DNA from: Gemmatimonadota bacterium
GTDB lineage: Bacteria; 4572-55; J002
Length of the DNA stretch: 41,503 nucleotides
Direction of reading: 5' to 3'
NCBI GenBank assembly: GCA_003697105.1
Contig: RFFQ01000046.1
Coordinates: 1 to 41,503, forward strand
Position numbers and translations under genes: made by a program
The notes under the pieces: generated by a model
What the model was told of the DNA's origin: nothing
Database searches by the model: none
What the model saw: only the letters and a program-made list of their open reading frames with translations
Shown here: positions 8,201-14,944 of the stretch, piece after piece
Layout of the letters: every line of letters starts with the position of its first letter
How positions within the stretch are numbered: the stretch's first letter is position 1

Positions 8201-10484
8201 GACTTCCATTTTGAATGGGATCGGAGAAGGGTATCCCGTCAACTTTGGAACTACCTTTCACATAGCGGAAACTGTTCGGCATAAAGTCATACAGCCGTCC
8301 ATTGGAAACATATGCGGTCGGGCTCACATTCTCAAAATCAATTTCATATTCCACCAGACCCCCACGCTCGACGGTTTTGCGAAGGACCCGTTTATCAATG
8401 CGGACCATGGGGTTAAGAACGGTAACGACCACAATTTCTGAAAAAGCAACTTCCGTTTCAATGGATTCCAGCGTCGCCATATTGGGAATGCTATCCAAAT
8501 CCACCGCATTATCGATCACTCGGGCATTAAAGGTCACCTGTCCCCACGATTGGCGGGGCAGGGTGGGAAAGGTCCAAATCAGACTCCGGGTGGGTTCATC
8601 GTACCGGGCACTCACCAACACTTCTAGTGAATCGGTTGCCGTTTGGTGAAATTCCGCCTTATTTTGATTATTAATATTGCGCCGGATGACGGACACGGTA
8701 TCCTGATACATCATTAAACGACCATCGGTCCAATTGGTAACATCGGTCAACCGAAAATCGATCTCATCGGTCAAGATGGCATTCGTGATATCAAAAATAC
8801 TTAGATTTTCAAAAGTGATGGTGTACTTCAGCCACTCGCCTGCCTTGACAAATTCTTCCGGTTCCACTTCAATTTTAAGCGGCGCAAAAAAGGCTTGAAT
8901 TCGTTCGATCCGGTCAATGGTGTAATTGGGTCGTGCATCCGGGTCAACGGTGGACTCCACCCGAACGACTAAATCCCAATGCATCGAATTATTATCCCCA
9001 ATAGCGGTGGTATCCGTCACTCCCACCGTGGCAACAATGGTTTGGCGTTCCCCGGGGCGAAGACGCACATCGGGGATACCATCTCCAGACGCATCATCCA
9101 AACGGTCTGTTTGATTCAAGGAATAGAAAAAAACAACGGAATTAGGGGGAAGTGTGCTGTTTTCCCGGTCAAAGAAGACATTAATATCATCCGTCGTATT
9201 ACCGGAATTTAAAATCGTATTAAAAAATACGGCGGGACGTCCTTGCTGGTCTAAGCGGGCGATCTGTCGCACCGAGGAGATATCCGGGGTATCATACCGG
9301 TCCCGCTCCGGATAGTATTCATCGGCGTCATTGGGGAAACGAGGTCGATCCAAAGGACCAATCCAGACTTCAGCAACGGGAGGAATAAGTGTAATGACTT
9401 CATTGGTCTCTTGCGGTTCCCCTTCTAGGGTAGAATAGGAATAGGTACCATAGTTTTCTAACCGCAGATTCCCCGGCACGTTATCATTGACCCGTACCTT
9501 AAAGCGAAACCGTCCCGTTTCCTGCGAACCCAAGCTGAGAATACGGTGCCGGATGCCTAACACATCGGTACCCTCACCGGCGTCCGGTTCTTGATCCACC
9601 CATACGGTATCTTGGATGCCGGAATCAAACACTAAATATTCGGTTTGCCCTTCCGGGAAAACATGAAAACTGCGAGGCACATACGTAATATAAAGACTAT
9701 CATCATCTTGATAGCGGAAAATATCTTGAATGATAACATCACGGGCGGCATTATTCCCTAAATTCCGAAACTCAATGATGTATTCTAAGGTATCGCCTTC
9801 TGCCGCTTCTTGACGATCCACTGACTTATTCACCACCAGATTCGCTCGATTGGAAACATCAACCCGAGCCACATTATCAATATCCGCTGCCGTTGAATGA
9901 ATACTCCGCCCTTCAATATTAAAATAGCCTTGTGCTCCTTCCGGTATCGAGAGGTCCAGTAAGATCGCCACTGCTAAATTAATAAAACCATCCGGTTCGA
10001 TATCTTCTGCTTGGGTAATTTGGGGTTCCCGGGGAGAGGGTAAACCATCCCCGTTCAGATCATGGTAAATACGAATCTGGTCCGGCTCATAATACGGGAA
10101 CCCATTGAAACCTTCCACGTTGAAACAGCGTAAATCGTAAGTATCAGTAATATTGCCTGTATTATATAAGATATAGGAAAAATAGGTTTCAATCCCCGGT
10201 GTGCCAAAACGGGTTTGTCCGGGTGCTTCAACGGTTCCGTTGGGCAGAATTTCCAAACCGTAAACCGGCATAATCTCCGTATATACCGTATTGGAACTAA
10301 CGGTCTGTGGACCTTGGGTGGTACTGTATTTGACATAGGAGGTATTCACAATTTGCATCCCTGCGCGGGCTTTCGCAAAACCCAACGCCGGTAAGCAAAC
10401 CAGAGAGATCACCAATAGCCCGAGCACCCACCAATGGGATCGAGTTTTAAGATATGTCATTATCGGATTCAAAATGGTAGCCAT
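2259..10484 (-). CDS. Giant outer-membrane protein: pilin-like N-terminal domains, DUF11 repeats, SdrD-B-like domain, two OmpA/MotB-like domains, Ig domains, large beta-barrel, C-terminal Ig-like domain
   Basis: ORF 2259..10523; start more likely 10484 or 10460, ahead of the hydrophobic signal WWVLGLLVISLVCLPALGFA. Motifs: NKSVD..GDTLEYIIEFRNLG (DUF11), GRVFVDENNNRIFDEGD (SdrD-B-like), 2x FDTGKA..EGHTD..SNxELSEARA..NRRxE (OmpA-C), and alternating aromatic/Gly beta-strands at ~5370-2980. Confidence 0.9.
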   Translation of the reverse strand: MATILNPIMTYLKTRSHWWVLGLLVISLVCLPALGFAKARAGMQIVNTSYVKYSTTQGPQTVSSNTVYTEIMPVYGLEILPNGTVEAPGQTRFGTPGIETYFSYILYNTGNITDTYDLRCFNVEGFNGFPYYEPDQIRIYHDLNGDGLPSPREPQITQAEDIEPDGFINLAVAILLDLSIPEGAQGYFNIEGRSIHSTAADIDNVARVDVSNRANLVVNKSVDRQEAAEGDTLEYIIEFRNLGNNAARDVIIQDIFRYQDDDSLYITYVPRSFHVFPEGQTEYLVFDSGIQDTVWVDQEPDAGEGTDVLGIRHRILSLGSQETGRFRFKVRVNDNVPGNLRLENYGTYSYSTLEGEPQETNEVITLIPPVAEVWIGPLDRPRFPNDADEYYPERDRYDTPDISSVRQIARLDQQGRPAVFFNTILNSGNTTDDINVFFDRENSTLPPNSVVFFYSLNQTDRLDDASGDGIPDVRLRPGERQTIVATVGVTDTTAIGDNNSMHWDLVVRVESTVDPDARPNYTIDRIERIQAFFAPLKIEVEPEEFVKAGEWLKYTITFENLSIFDITNAILTDEIDFRLTDVTNWTDGRLMMYQDTVSVIRRNINNQNKAEFHQTATDSLEVLVSARYDEPTRSLIWTFPTLPRQSWGQVTFNARVIDNAVDLDSIPNMATLESIETEVAFSEIVVVTVLNPMVRIDKRVLRKTVERGGLVEYEIDFENVSPTAYVSNGRLYDFMPNSFRYVKGSSKVDGIPFSDPIQNGSQAVWVIPDSLAPKEKRTLRYLSVAGVNTQVGEHINVARMTGNPVVPPQQIISPERVKIIEEVTLVSNDDQAVVRVIEGVFRPEGRLLGRVFVDENNNRIFDEGDVPLHKVRLYMEDGRYIITDANGLYSVDGIDPGVHVIKLDMVTVPPDLIPLPVDNHFVGSATTQFVDLMESGLVKANFRLVRPLLATIDVQKAYLSQEVRLLPGQQQEAVQVLEIPESHFDTGKAELLRIPDEFHQLIAFLETHPDWQILIEGHTDIRPIHTPEFPSNQELSEARAEAVAAALDSLGANRANMVIKGYGPSIPKVPNTSLKNMALNRRVEITLLPPGAEKPALNRVQYIFRIDRSFEAMTDVRLVSEDLNGTYLPESVRWNDAPYDSVPQQVDGQFIWNLGDFPDGMKGIFTYAVEVDTENMPEVLGRLAYIEWTDARGNPRRSKEFTLNLQPEFVADENELTFTLGDFLFDTGKADLRPGSYHYLDRIVEILQEIYPTATGRVEGHTDIRPINTPEFPSNWELSEARARVVYQYLVDHGVDPDRMTWAGFAATRPVAPNTTLENMQKNRRTEVIIELPERLSTMESRRQSTRMELKLEADGMFDSLTVKDQLPPQLAYVPGSAEMDGRPLPDPVVLEGGKLEWHLKNVPAGVSFIQYEVKPLGEAVELDSLPKPDVNGKPSSGRKLIRKSKTPTSSVPSSSAETLADVDSSWVSEGVDGEQTPAMPRKEVSEMTREELLALKRNQKAFVLSPQDGEVYTTRSKISVSIQVPLAANYELRVNGKVVPNDQVGEKRLNAAVSLAQYDYFSVPIQLGKNELVAVAIMPGRKEIVSDPVYVYYADRPAQIKFKTEPKYPTSDGVTEPTLIMEILDKNGIHVADNIFVTVAIDHGDFVTPDAHPGMPGHQVRTKDGFAKVQLSPSYEPEVRFFTATISTSFQVSKRIEFLPELRDFTFVALGEGTIGYQTFSGDRSKMPPDVVDDYEEEVWTDAGLQLFLRGRILGKYLLTAQYDSRKVPNKDKLFEQIDPNSYYPIYGDASKTGYDSESQSPLYVRIERNKSYTMYGDYRAGLTQTELTRYDRAYQGVKTHLENDYLNATGFVTYSNQAFQREEIPSEGISGYYFLSHVPLVENSEKVTVEVRDRFHSENILSRKDLVRHTDYQIDYDDGSILFEQAVPALDLDLNPVYIIVQYESRSQDAKYYKYGGRAAIRYPEVGEIGVTAVVEENADQFQNYELLGTDAKANLFNRKIQVRGEYAQSKHTDPTSLADSSGKAYLMNVKTLSNTKQVELYYRYQESSFSNPSITSAERGTEKYGLRYRFSLGSRNRTKISLGGEAYVRDHLNKDLTTRVNNTELIFGLPGVEAAVGYQYTESEGATSKEESQMAKGELTFAPTNNLKLSVGHARILSGDVIDQFPSKSTASFDFRQGLHLFDKIRLFGNAEYQHDEIDSTENPLRAKAGLELTVLKNTDLYTHTAFDNKSTSYTEGARQKFTFGETLHLGVRGESVQKISGQQREDFYVFGANAAYRRTATSQVSGKYEIRMGDDSDKHVIDFQTRQRFENGVDFIARQTYWYEDLKDKRDNIKSDGYAGWAFRPLDHDRLNVLAMLRFRYNRGQEYVAARTLVSAEAVYQKTPRLQLRGRYAIKRTDWESEILDPFTIYTDLGLAEMVYDLTDRFDLTIGARVLHQYQTNTYQYSLGAEVGMRLVQNLQGILGYNITGFEDRDFSDYSYWKQGPFASLRVKLDEQVFTSAPDPELLSGVRTPVSAENRDVAVVELAENDHVLMQEVPDYIRQFDPMATIGLIEKNGLYSPVTLSSTPMLSLLTLNPEVLTQTEPVMESINQTVQEVNQTVNTALASTDPSPDIEPVFGDVPIPTDPAQLPYLAYSFTPDMSLSTGSTGQLVVVVQNNGDGDAYYVKLNITSPAEGVHLGQSVWRLNKLSRHSHQTHVVTLQVDADYQQTFVPVWVELSYRGGSGMKHQHYVPIRIR

Positions 10485-10533
10485 TGCACTTTCTGAATGA
10501 AATAAAAAGCAACACGTTTCCATTTTAATAAAG

Positions 10534-10575
10534 GCTTAGACTTGCCAAGCCGTTAATAACTTGGCAAGTCTAAGC
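10534..10575 (-). terminator. Perfect 16-bp inverted repeat (terminator/attenuator or REP-like hairpin) between the 1075 aa gene and the giant gene
   Basis: GCTTAGACTTGCCAAG (10534-10549), 10-nt loop, CTTGGCAAGTCTAAGC (10560-10575); followed by CTTTATT on the minus strand. Confidence 0.7.
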
Positions 10576-10597
10576 AACTACTTACACGGGCAAACCG

Positions 10598-13500
10598 CTA
10601 GTCAATCGTGACTTTATACGATACACGCCCTTGTGCCCCGGAATTGAGCCGCCCGTTCGCCGCACTATTCCAAATCCAACGGATATCGGTCACCGTCGGA
10701 TCATTAGCCGCTGCAGTCCAGGTTGCCCCATTGTCGTTACTGTATTCAATGGTATCCGTACCACCGCTACCAATTTCAAACCGTGCTGAATTCGGTACGT
10801 AAGTGGTATTTGCCGGAATATCATCATAGATGTAAACCGTATCCAACGCCGTTGCCGCCGTGTTATAGAAGTTCACATAATACTTCAGTGTATCTTGCGG
10901 AACCCCTTGATTCACGGTAGCAGTTTGGTTATATGTGGTATCTCCATCCGCATAACTACTTGGACCGAGGTTACGAACAGCTTTCCGCACATCCATGCTG
11001 GCATCGATAACGGTCGTAATATCGACCGCGGGGTCAGATGCACCAGTGGCATCTCCCTGACCCACTGCCGTAATCGTTGCCACATCCGAAACACCGTCCG
11101 GAGCGTTGGAGGGGATAAACGCCACAACCCGAATCCGCCAGCTACCACCAATCGGTACAGTATAAAGCAGATCCCATTGCCCGCCGGCAAAGGGCAACGC
11201 ATCCCATTGGTCTGCCGTATCGGGATCTTCCTGATACAAGGCGTAGCTCCAACCGCGGCTAGAACTGATCGTAAAGTAGGAGTTGGTCTGGGAGGTATCC
11301 GCACCCGGAATGATCGTGTTCCCCAAGTTAATCAAATCATGGATATACGAGACTTGAGTATTGGGACGGCCCGAATTTGACCGATCCGGCTCTAGCAAGA
11401 GATTCGGGTTCCGTGGAATACGAATAGAGTCACGGACCGTACTATCAATGTCAGTCTTATTGGTAGAGGTCGCCGTAAAGTACGTTGGATAGGTACCAAA
11501 GGCAGTTGTTGCCGGAAAATCCACCACCGCATACACACATGCCGTATCGCCGCCGGCAACCGGACCAATATCACTAATAGCGGAGAGTTCACTTGCATCC
11601 AAATCACCTTGACAGTCGGCGTCTTCATAGTAGGTCACGTTCCAGGTAGCCGGAAATAGACTTTCCGATAAGGTGTATGTATCGGCCCGGTTTGCTGGGT
11701 TCCGTACGGTCAACGGAATGTTGACAACCGTACTGCTATCGGGGTCAGGCCCTTGGAAGGTGTATGCATTTTCATCCGTAGCCACCGCATCACCACCGTA
11801 AGTATACAAACGGTTCACATATTCCACGGCGGCACCGGTGACATTACGGAAGATGATGGTCGTCCGGTTCACCGCACCAATCACCGCGGTCACCACATCT
11901 CCATTTGTAGCAGAGGTTAGTGGCGCCACTTCCAACGTATCGGTCGCCGCATTAATAACGGCTGAAATACGCGTGATCTCATTGCCAACATTAATAAACT
12001 GACCCACTTGAAAACCCGTCGCATCTGCTACTTGTAAATACTGCGTACTCGGGGTAGAACCCTGAGTTGGGTCTGCGGTCAACGTGGTTTCTAGATTGGG
12101 GTTGTTGGTTGAGAAACCGGGAGCATAGGAGGTATCCGCCGGGTTGATGGACGATTGGGCATAGATCACAATGGTAGAGTCTGTACCGGCATCCACATTG
12201 GCATCCACATACACTTGGACCCGAATCATCGCCGTATCTCCCGGCGCCACGGTGCCCACATCACGGTTAAGGTCACCATCCACATTACCCAGCGGTGTTG
12301 CTCCGTCAAAGAACGAAACCGTGAAACTCCCTGGCTTCTGGCTACCATTGGCACCAAACCGCAAAATGTTGATAATGTCATCCTGCAAACCATTGTTCCG
12401 CACCGTGAGATAAATATTTTGGGTTTCTCCGCCAGCAATCGTATTGATGACAACGGTATCTTCGCTGGCGTTCGTGCCAAAGTCATGCGCCGTTGGTAAC
12501 CCAGCGGGACCGATAGAAACCGATACTTTTTCATAACCCGGACCGTTCAAGCGGGTTTGAACCGGGTTGGTCGGCTGATTGGCTTCCGATTGGTCATCCA
12601 AACGATACTCGACTTGCCCTTGGTTCCGGATAGGAGAACGGCTGGCGGTCAGGTCAACCGGAATGCGAACATCAAACTCAAAATCCCAGTTTTGACCGGC
12701 AATCAAAGTACCGCTACCCGAAGAGGTGGTACCGGTAACAAAACCAATCCCGCGGATGAAATAACCGGCGCCTTGGCTGGCAGCCCATGTTTCGGCATTG
12801 GTTCGGTCGTCAAACCACATCCCAGTACTTCCATCGGGCCAAGAGCCATCCGTCGCATCCGAGAGAGTATCGGTAGCGGCAGGTGTGGTGGTACCCACCC
12901 AATACAGGATACTCCCTGCGGCTGGGGTGTACTGAGTATTGTTATCCACCCGGACAATGGGGAAGGGTTCGGAGGTTAAATCCGCATCATCCCGGGTAGG
13001 TAAGGGGTCCGTAATAATGACCCCATAGTAAAACGCATCCGCCGTTCCGTCACTACCGGTATCAACATGGATCGAGTCAAAACCAGTGGATTGATTACCA
13101 ATGTTGCTCCCATAGAGCGAATAAACAAGCGTATCGCCTGAAGACGCATCGGCAACGTTGACATTTTTGTTAGCAGTCACAATCGCCTCTTCGCTCACCG
13201 TTGTTAAATGATAGTTGACGCTATCATTACAGGCTTGACCCGAAACCGTGTCGCCGGCAGCGGCATAACCCCGAATATCGATTTCAATAAGCTGCCCACT
13301 CGTTGCCGTTACCGGAACGGTGTACGATACAATTAGGGAAACCTGATTATTCGGTGCGTTATAATCACCCGGCACATCCGTGACATAGGTAGTAGTATCT
13401 TCACCGGCGTCAATCAACCCGTTGTTATTTGTATCCAGATAGATTGCGGCATTCGAAAGACTAAAGCCGGTCGCATTAGTATTACTACCGTTAGCAAGTG

Positions 13501-13825
13501 AAACATAAAAATCGTTCAAGTCATTACCGGCATTGGTAAGGGTGTATTGATAGTACACAACCTGTCCGGGGGCGGCACTTTGCTGGTGAGCATAAGAGGG
13601 GGCGCTCCCGCTCGGGGTAATATCCATCCCGCAGATTTCCTGAACGGTGGTGATCACTTGATTCGATGGGGTCGTAAATTGCTGACCCGTCTGATCCACA
13701 TATACCGCCGAGGCAACGTTGGTAATGTCCGTACCCGCGCGCGTATATGCATTTGCTGACGATGTGGCCATCAAGATGCCCGCCATCAGCAACACAACAA
13801 GTATGAGTAACTTGTGATTAGACAT
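10598..13825 (-). CDS. Secreted multi-domain DUF11/Ig protein (~1075 aa), candidate major fibre subunit
   Basis: ATG 13825 with AGGAGG RBS; signal peptide MSNHKLLILVVLLMAGILMATSSANA. Mature N-terminus YTRAGTDITNVAS; repeated YTLTNxGN/LTVRNxG Ig-like domains; Ca-loop-like DTNNNGLIDAGE; last DUF11 domain ends abruptly at GRVSYKVTID. Confidence 0.9.
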   Translation of the reverse strand: MSNHKLLILVVLLMAGILMATSSANAYTRAGTDITNVASAVYVDQTGQQFTTPSNQVITTVQEICGMDITPSGSAPSYAHQQSAAPGQVVYYQYTLTNAGNDLNDFYVSLANGSNTNATGFSLSNAAIYLDTNNNGLIDAGEDTTTYVTDVPGDYNAPNNQVSLIVSYTVPVTATSGQLIEIDIRGYAAAGDTVSGQACNDSVNYHLTTVSEEAIVTANKNVNVADASSGDTLVYSLYGSNIGNQSTGFDSIHVDTGSDGTADAFYYGVIITDPLPTRDDADLTSEPFPIVRVDNNTQYTPAAGSILYWVGTTTPAATDTLSDATDGSWPDGSTGMWFDDRTNAETWAASQGAGYFIRGIGFVTGTTSSGSGTLIAGQNWDFEFDVRIPVDLTASRSPIRNQGQVEYRLDDQSEANQPTNPVQTRLNGPGYEKVSVSIGPAGLPTAHDFGTNASEDTVVINTIAGGETQNIYLTVRNNGLQDDIINILRFGANGSQKPGSFTVSFFDGATPLGNVDGDLNRDVGTVAPGDTAMIRVQVYVDANVDAGTDSTIVIYAQSSINPADTSYAPGFSTNNPNLETTLTADPTQGSTPSTQYLQVADATGFQVGQFINVGNEITRISAVINAATDTLEVAPLTSATNGDVVTAVIGAVNRTTIIFRNVTGAAVEYVNRLYTYGGDAVATDENAYTFQGPDPDSSTVVNIPLTVRNPANRADTYTLSESLFPATWNVTYYEDADCQGDLDASELSAISDIGPVAGGDTACVYAVVDFPATTAFGTYPTYFTATSTNKTDIDSTVRDSIRIPRNPNLLLEPDRSNSGRPNTQVSYIHDLINLGNTIIPGADTSQTNSYFTISSSRGWSYALYQEDPDTADQWDALPFAGGQWDLLYTVPIGGSWRIRVVAFIPSNAPDGVSDVATITAVGQGDATGASDPAVDITTVIDASMDVRKAVRNLGPSSYADGDTTYNQTATVNQGVPQDTLKYYVNFYNTAATALDTVYIYDDIPANTTYVPNSARFEIGSGGTDTIEYSNDNGATWTAAANDPTVTDIRWIWNSAANGRLNSGAQGRVSYKVTID

Positions 13826-14037
13826 TTGAAAACCTCCTGAAAAAGGGTTACCAATAAAAGGCGACGTACAAATCACACGTGGATTTGAACGCGAAAAAAC
13901 AGAACACATTCGACACAAAAAAACGGTAGAGGTCAAACCTCCCTAAACGGTGGTATATCTTTGAGCTATCGCCTCCTTTCAACTCAAAACGATGATATAA
14001 GTATGTTACACGCATAAAAAACCTCGGTTATCATCTG

Positions 14038-14559
14038 TTATTTAACTTTAACCCGGTATTTAAACACAATTTCAGCCGCTGGTTCCAGCGGTTCAAACAA
14101 TGTCCATTGAATATGAGTGTACATATCGGGTGTGGCGATTTTCTTTTTCTCAACCAGATTTCCATTTTCGTCTTCTTCCATCACCGTATATGCAATGGGC
14201 GGAACTTGATACGTCTTACCTTTATCAATGCTGTATTTCAGTTCCACATTCGCCATTTCTGTGGCGGTGCTATCAATATACACCGTTTGGTCGGGGATTG
14301 GGCCCACAATGCTGACATCGTTTGCCGCCGTTTCCCCTTCGTTCCAGTACACAAGAGTGTATTCAATCACATCTTCCGGAAAGGCTTTTTCTGCGGGCGC
14401 AAATTTTTCTTTGACTACCTTTTCGCCATCCACAATTTCTTCCACAAAAAGCACTTTTTGAGCGCGCATTTCACCCTTTAATGCAGGTCCCGCAACCTGA
14501 GCGAGAACCGTCGCGGCAAAAAGTAGAAAAAGGATAAACCCACCACTAAATTTTGTCAT
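14038..14559 (-). CDS. Small secreted single DUF11-like domain protein (~173 aa)
   Basis: ATG 14559 with GGAGGA RBS; signal peptide ending VLA-Q; AFPEDVIEYTLVYWNEG..VGPIPDQTVYI..YSIDKGKTY..YTHIQW..YRVKVK stop. Confidence 0.88.
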   Translation of the reverse strand: MTKFSGGFILFLLFAATVLAQVAGPALKGEMRAQKVLFVEEIVDGEKVVKEKFAPAEKAFPEDVIEYTLVYWNEGETAANDVSIVGPIPDQTVYIDSTATEMANVELKYSIDKGKTYQVPPIAYTVMEEDENGNLVEKKKIATPDMYTHIQWTLFEPLEPAAEIVFKYRVKVK

Positions 14560-14639
14560 GTAAATCCTCCTAAAAAATGATGAAACAAGTATAAGGTATT
14601 CCCTCAAAATAGATGATAATTTACCGGAACACTTTGATT

Positions 14640-14655
14640 AGCAAAGGGTACACCA
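14640..14655 (-). promoter_or_regulatory. Candidate sigma-54 (-24/-12) promoter for the DUF11 operon
   Basis: Minus strand reads TGGTGTACCCTTTGCT, i.e. GG-N10-GC with TTGC, about 80 nt upstream of the first start codon. Confidence 0.6.
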
Positions 14656-14684
14656 AAAAAAACATAACGATATAAATCTTTTTT

Positions 14685-14697
14685 TATCAGCTAGTTA
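14685..14697 (+). promoter_or_regulatory. IHF-consensus site
   Basis: TATCAGCTAGTTA fits WATCAR-N4-TTR, in AT-rich context ~30 bp upstream of the -24 box. Confidence 0.5.
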
Positions 14698-14835
14698 TAT
14701 AAAACACCAAGTGAACCCCCACACCCTATCCAGATAATTTAGGGGTTTAAATACCACCGGTAAGGGTTGATCCGCATACCGTTACTAAAGTGGACTCTTG
14801 CAGAACACCAAAACGGCAGCAATAAACCGCTTTAT

Positions 14836-14848
14836 TATCAATAAGTTA
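14836..14848 (+). promoter_or_regulatory. IHF-consensus site
   Basis: TATCAATAAGTTA fits WATCAA-N4-TTR. Confidence 0.5.
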
Positions 14849-14944
14849 ACCGTTATTTCCAAAATCAAAAAAAACTATGTTTTACTAGCATCAACATAAC
14901 GGAGAGTCATTCACTTGAGTACTGTTGTAAATTGTGTTATATTC

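Noticed and set aside
13826-13936. N-terminal extensions from the ORF track (TTG 13936; likewise 14607, 10523, 15326, 36526)
   Set aside because: Downstream ATGs have better RBS spacing and place signal peptides or family motifs at the N-terminus.
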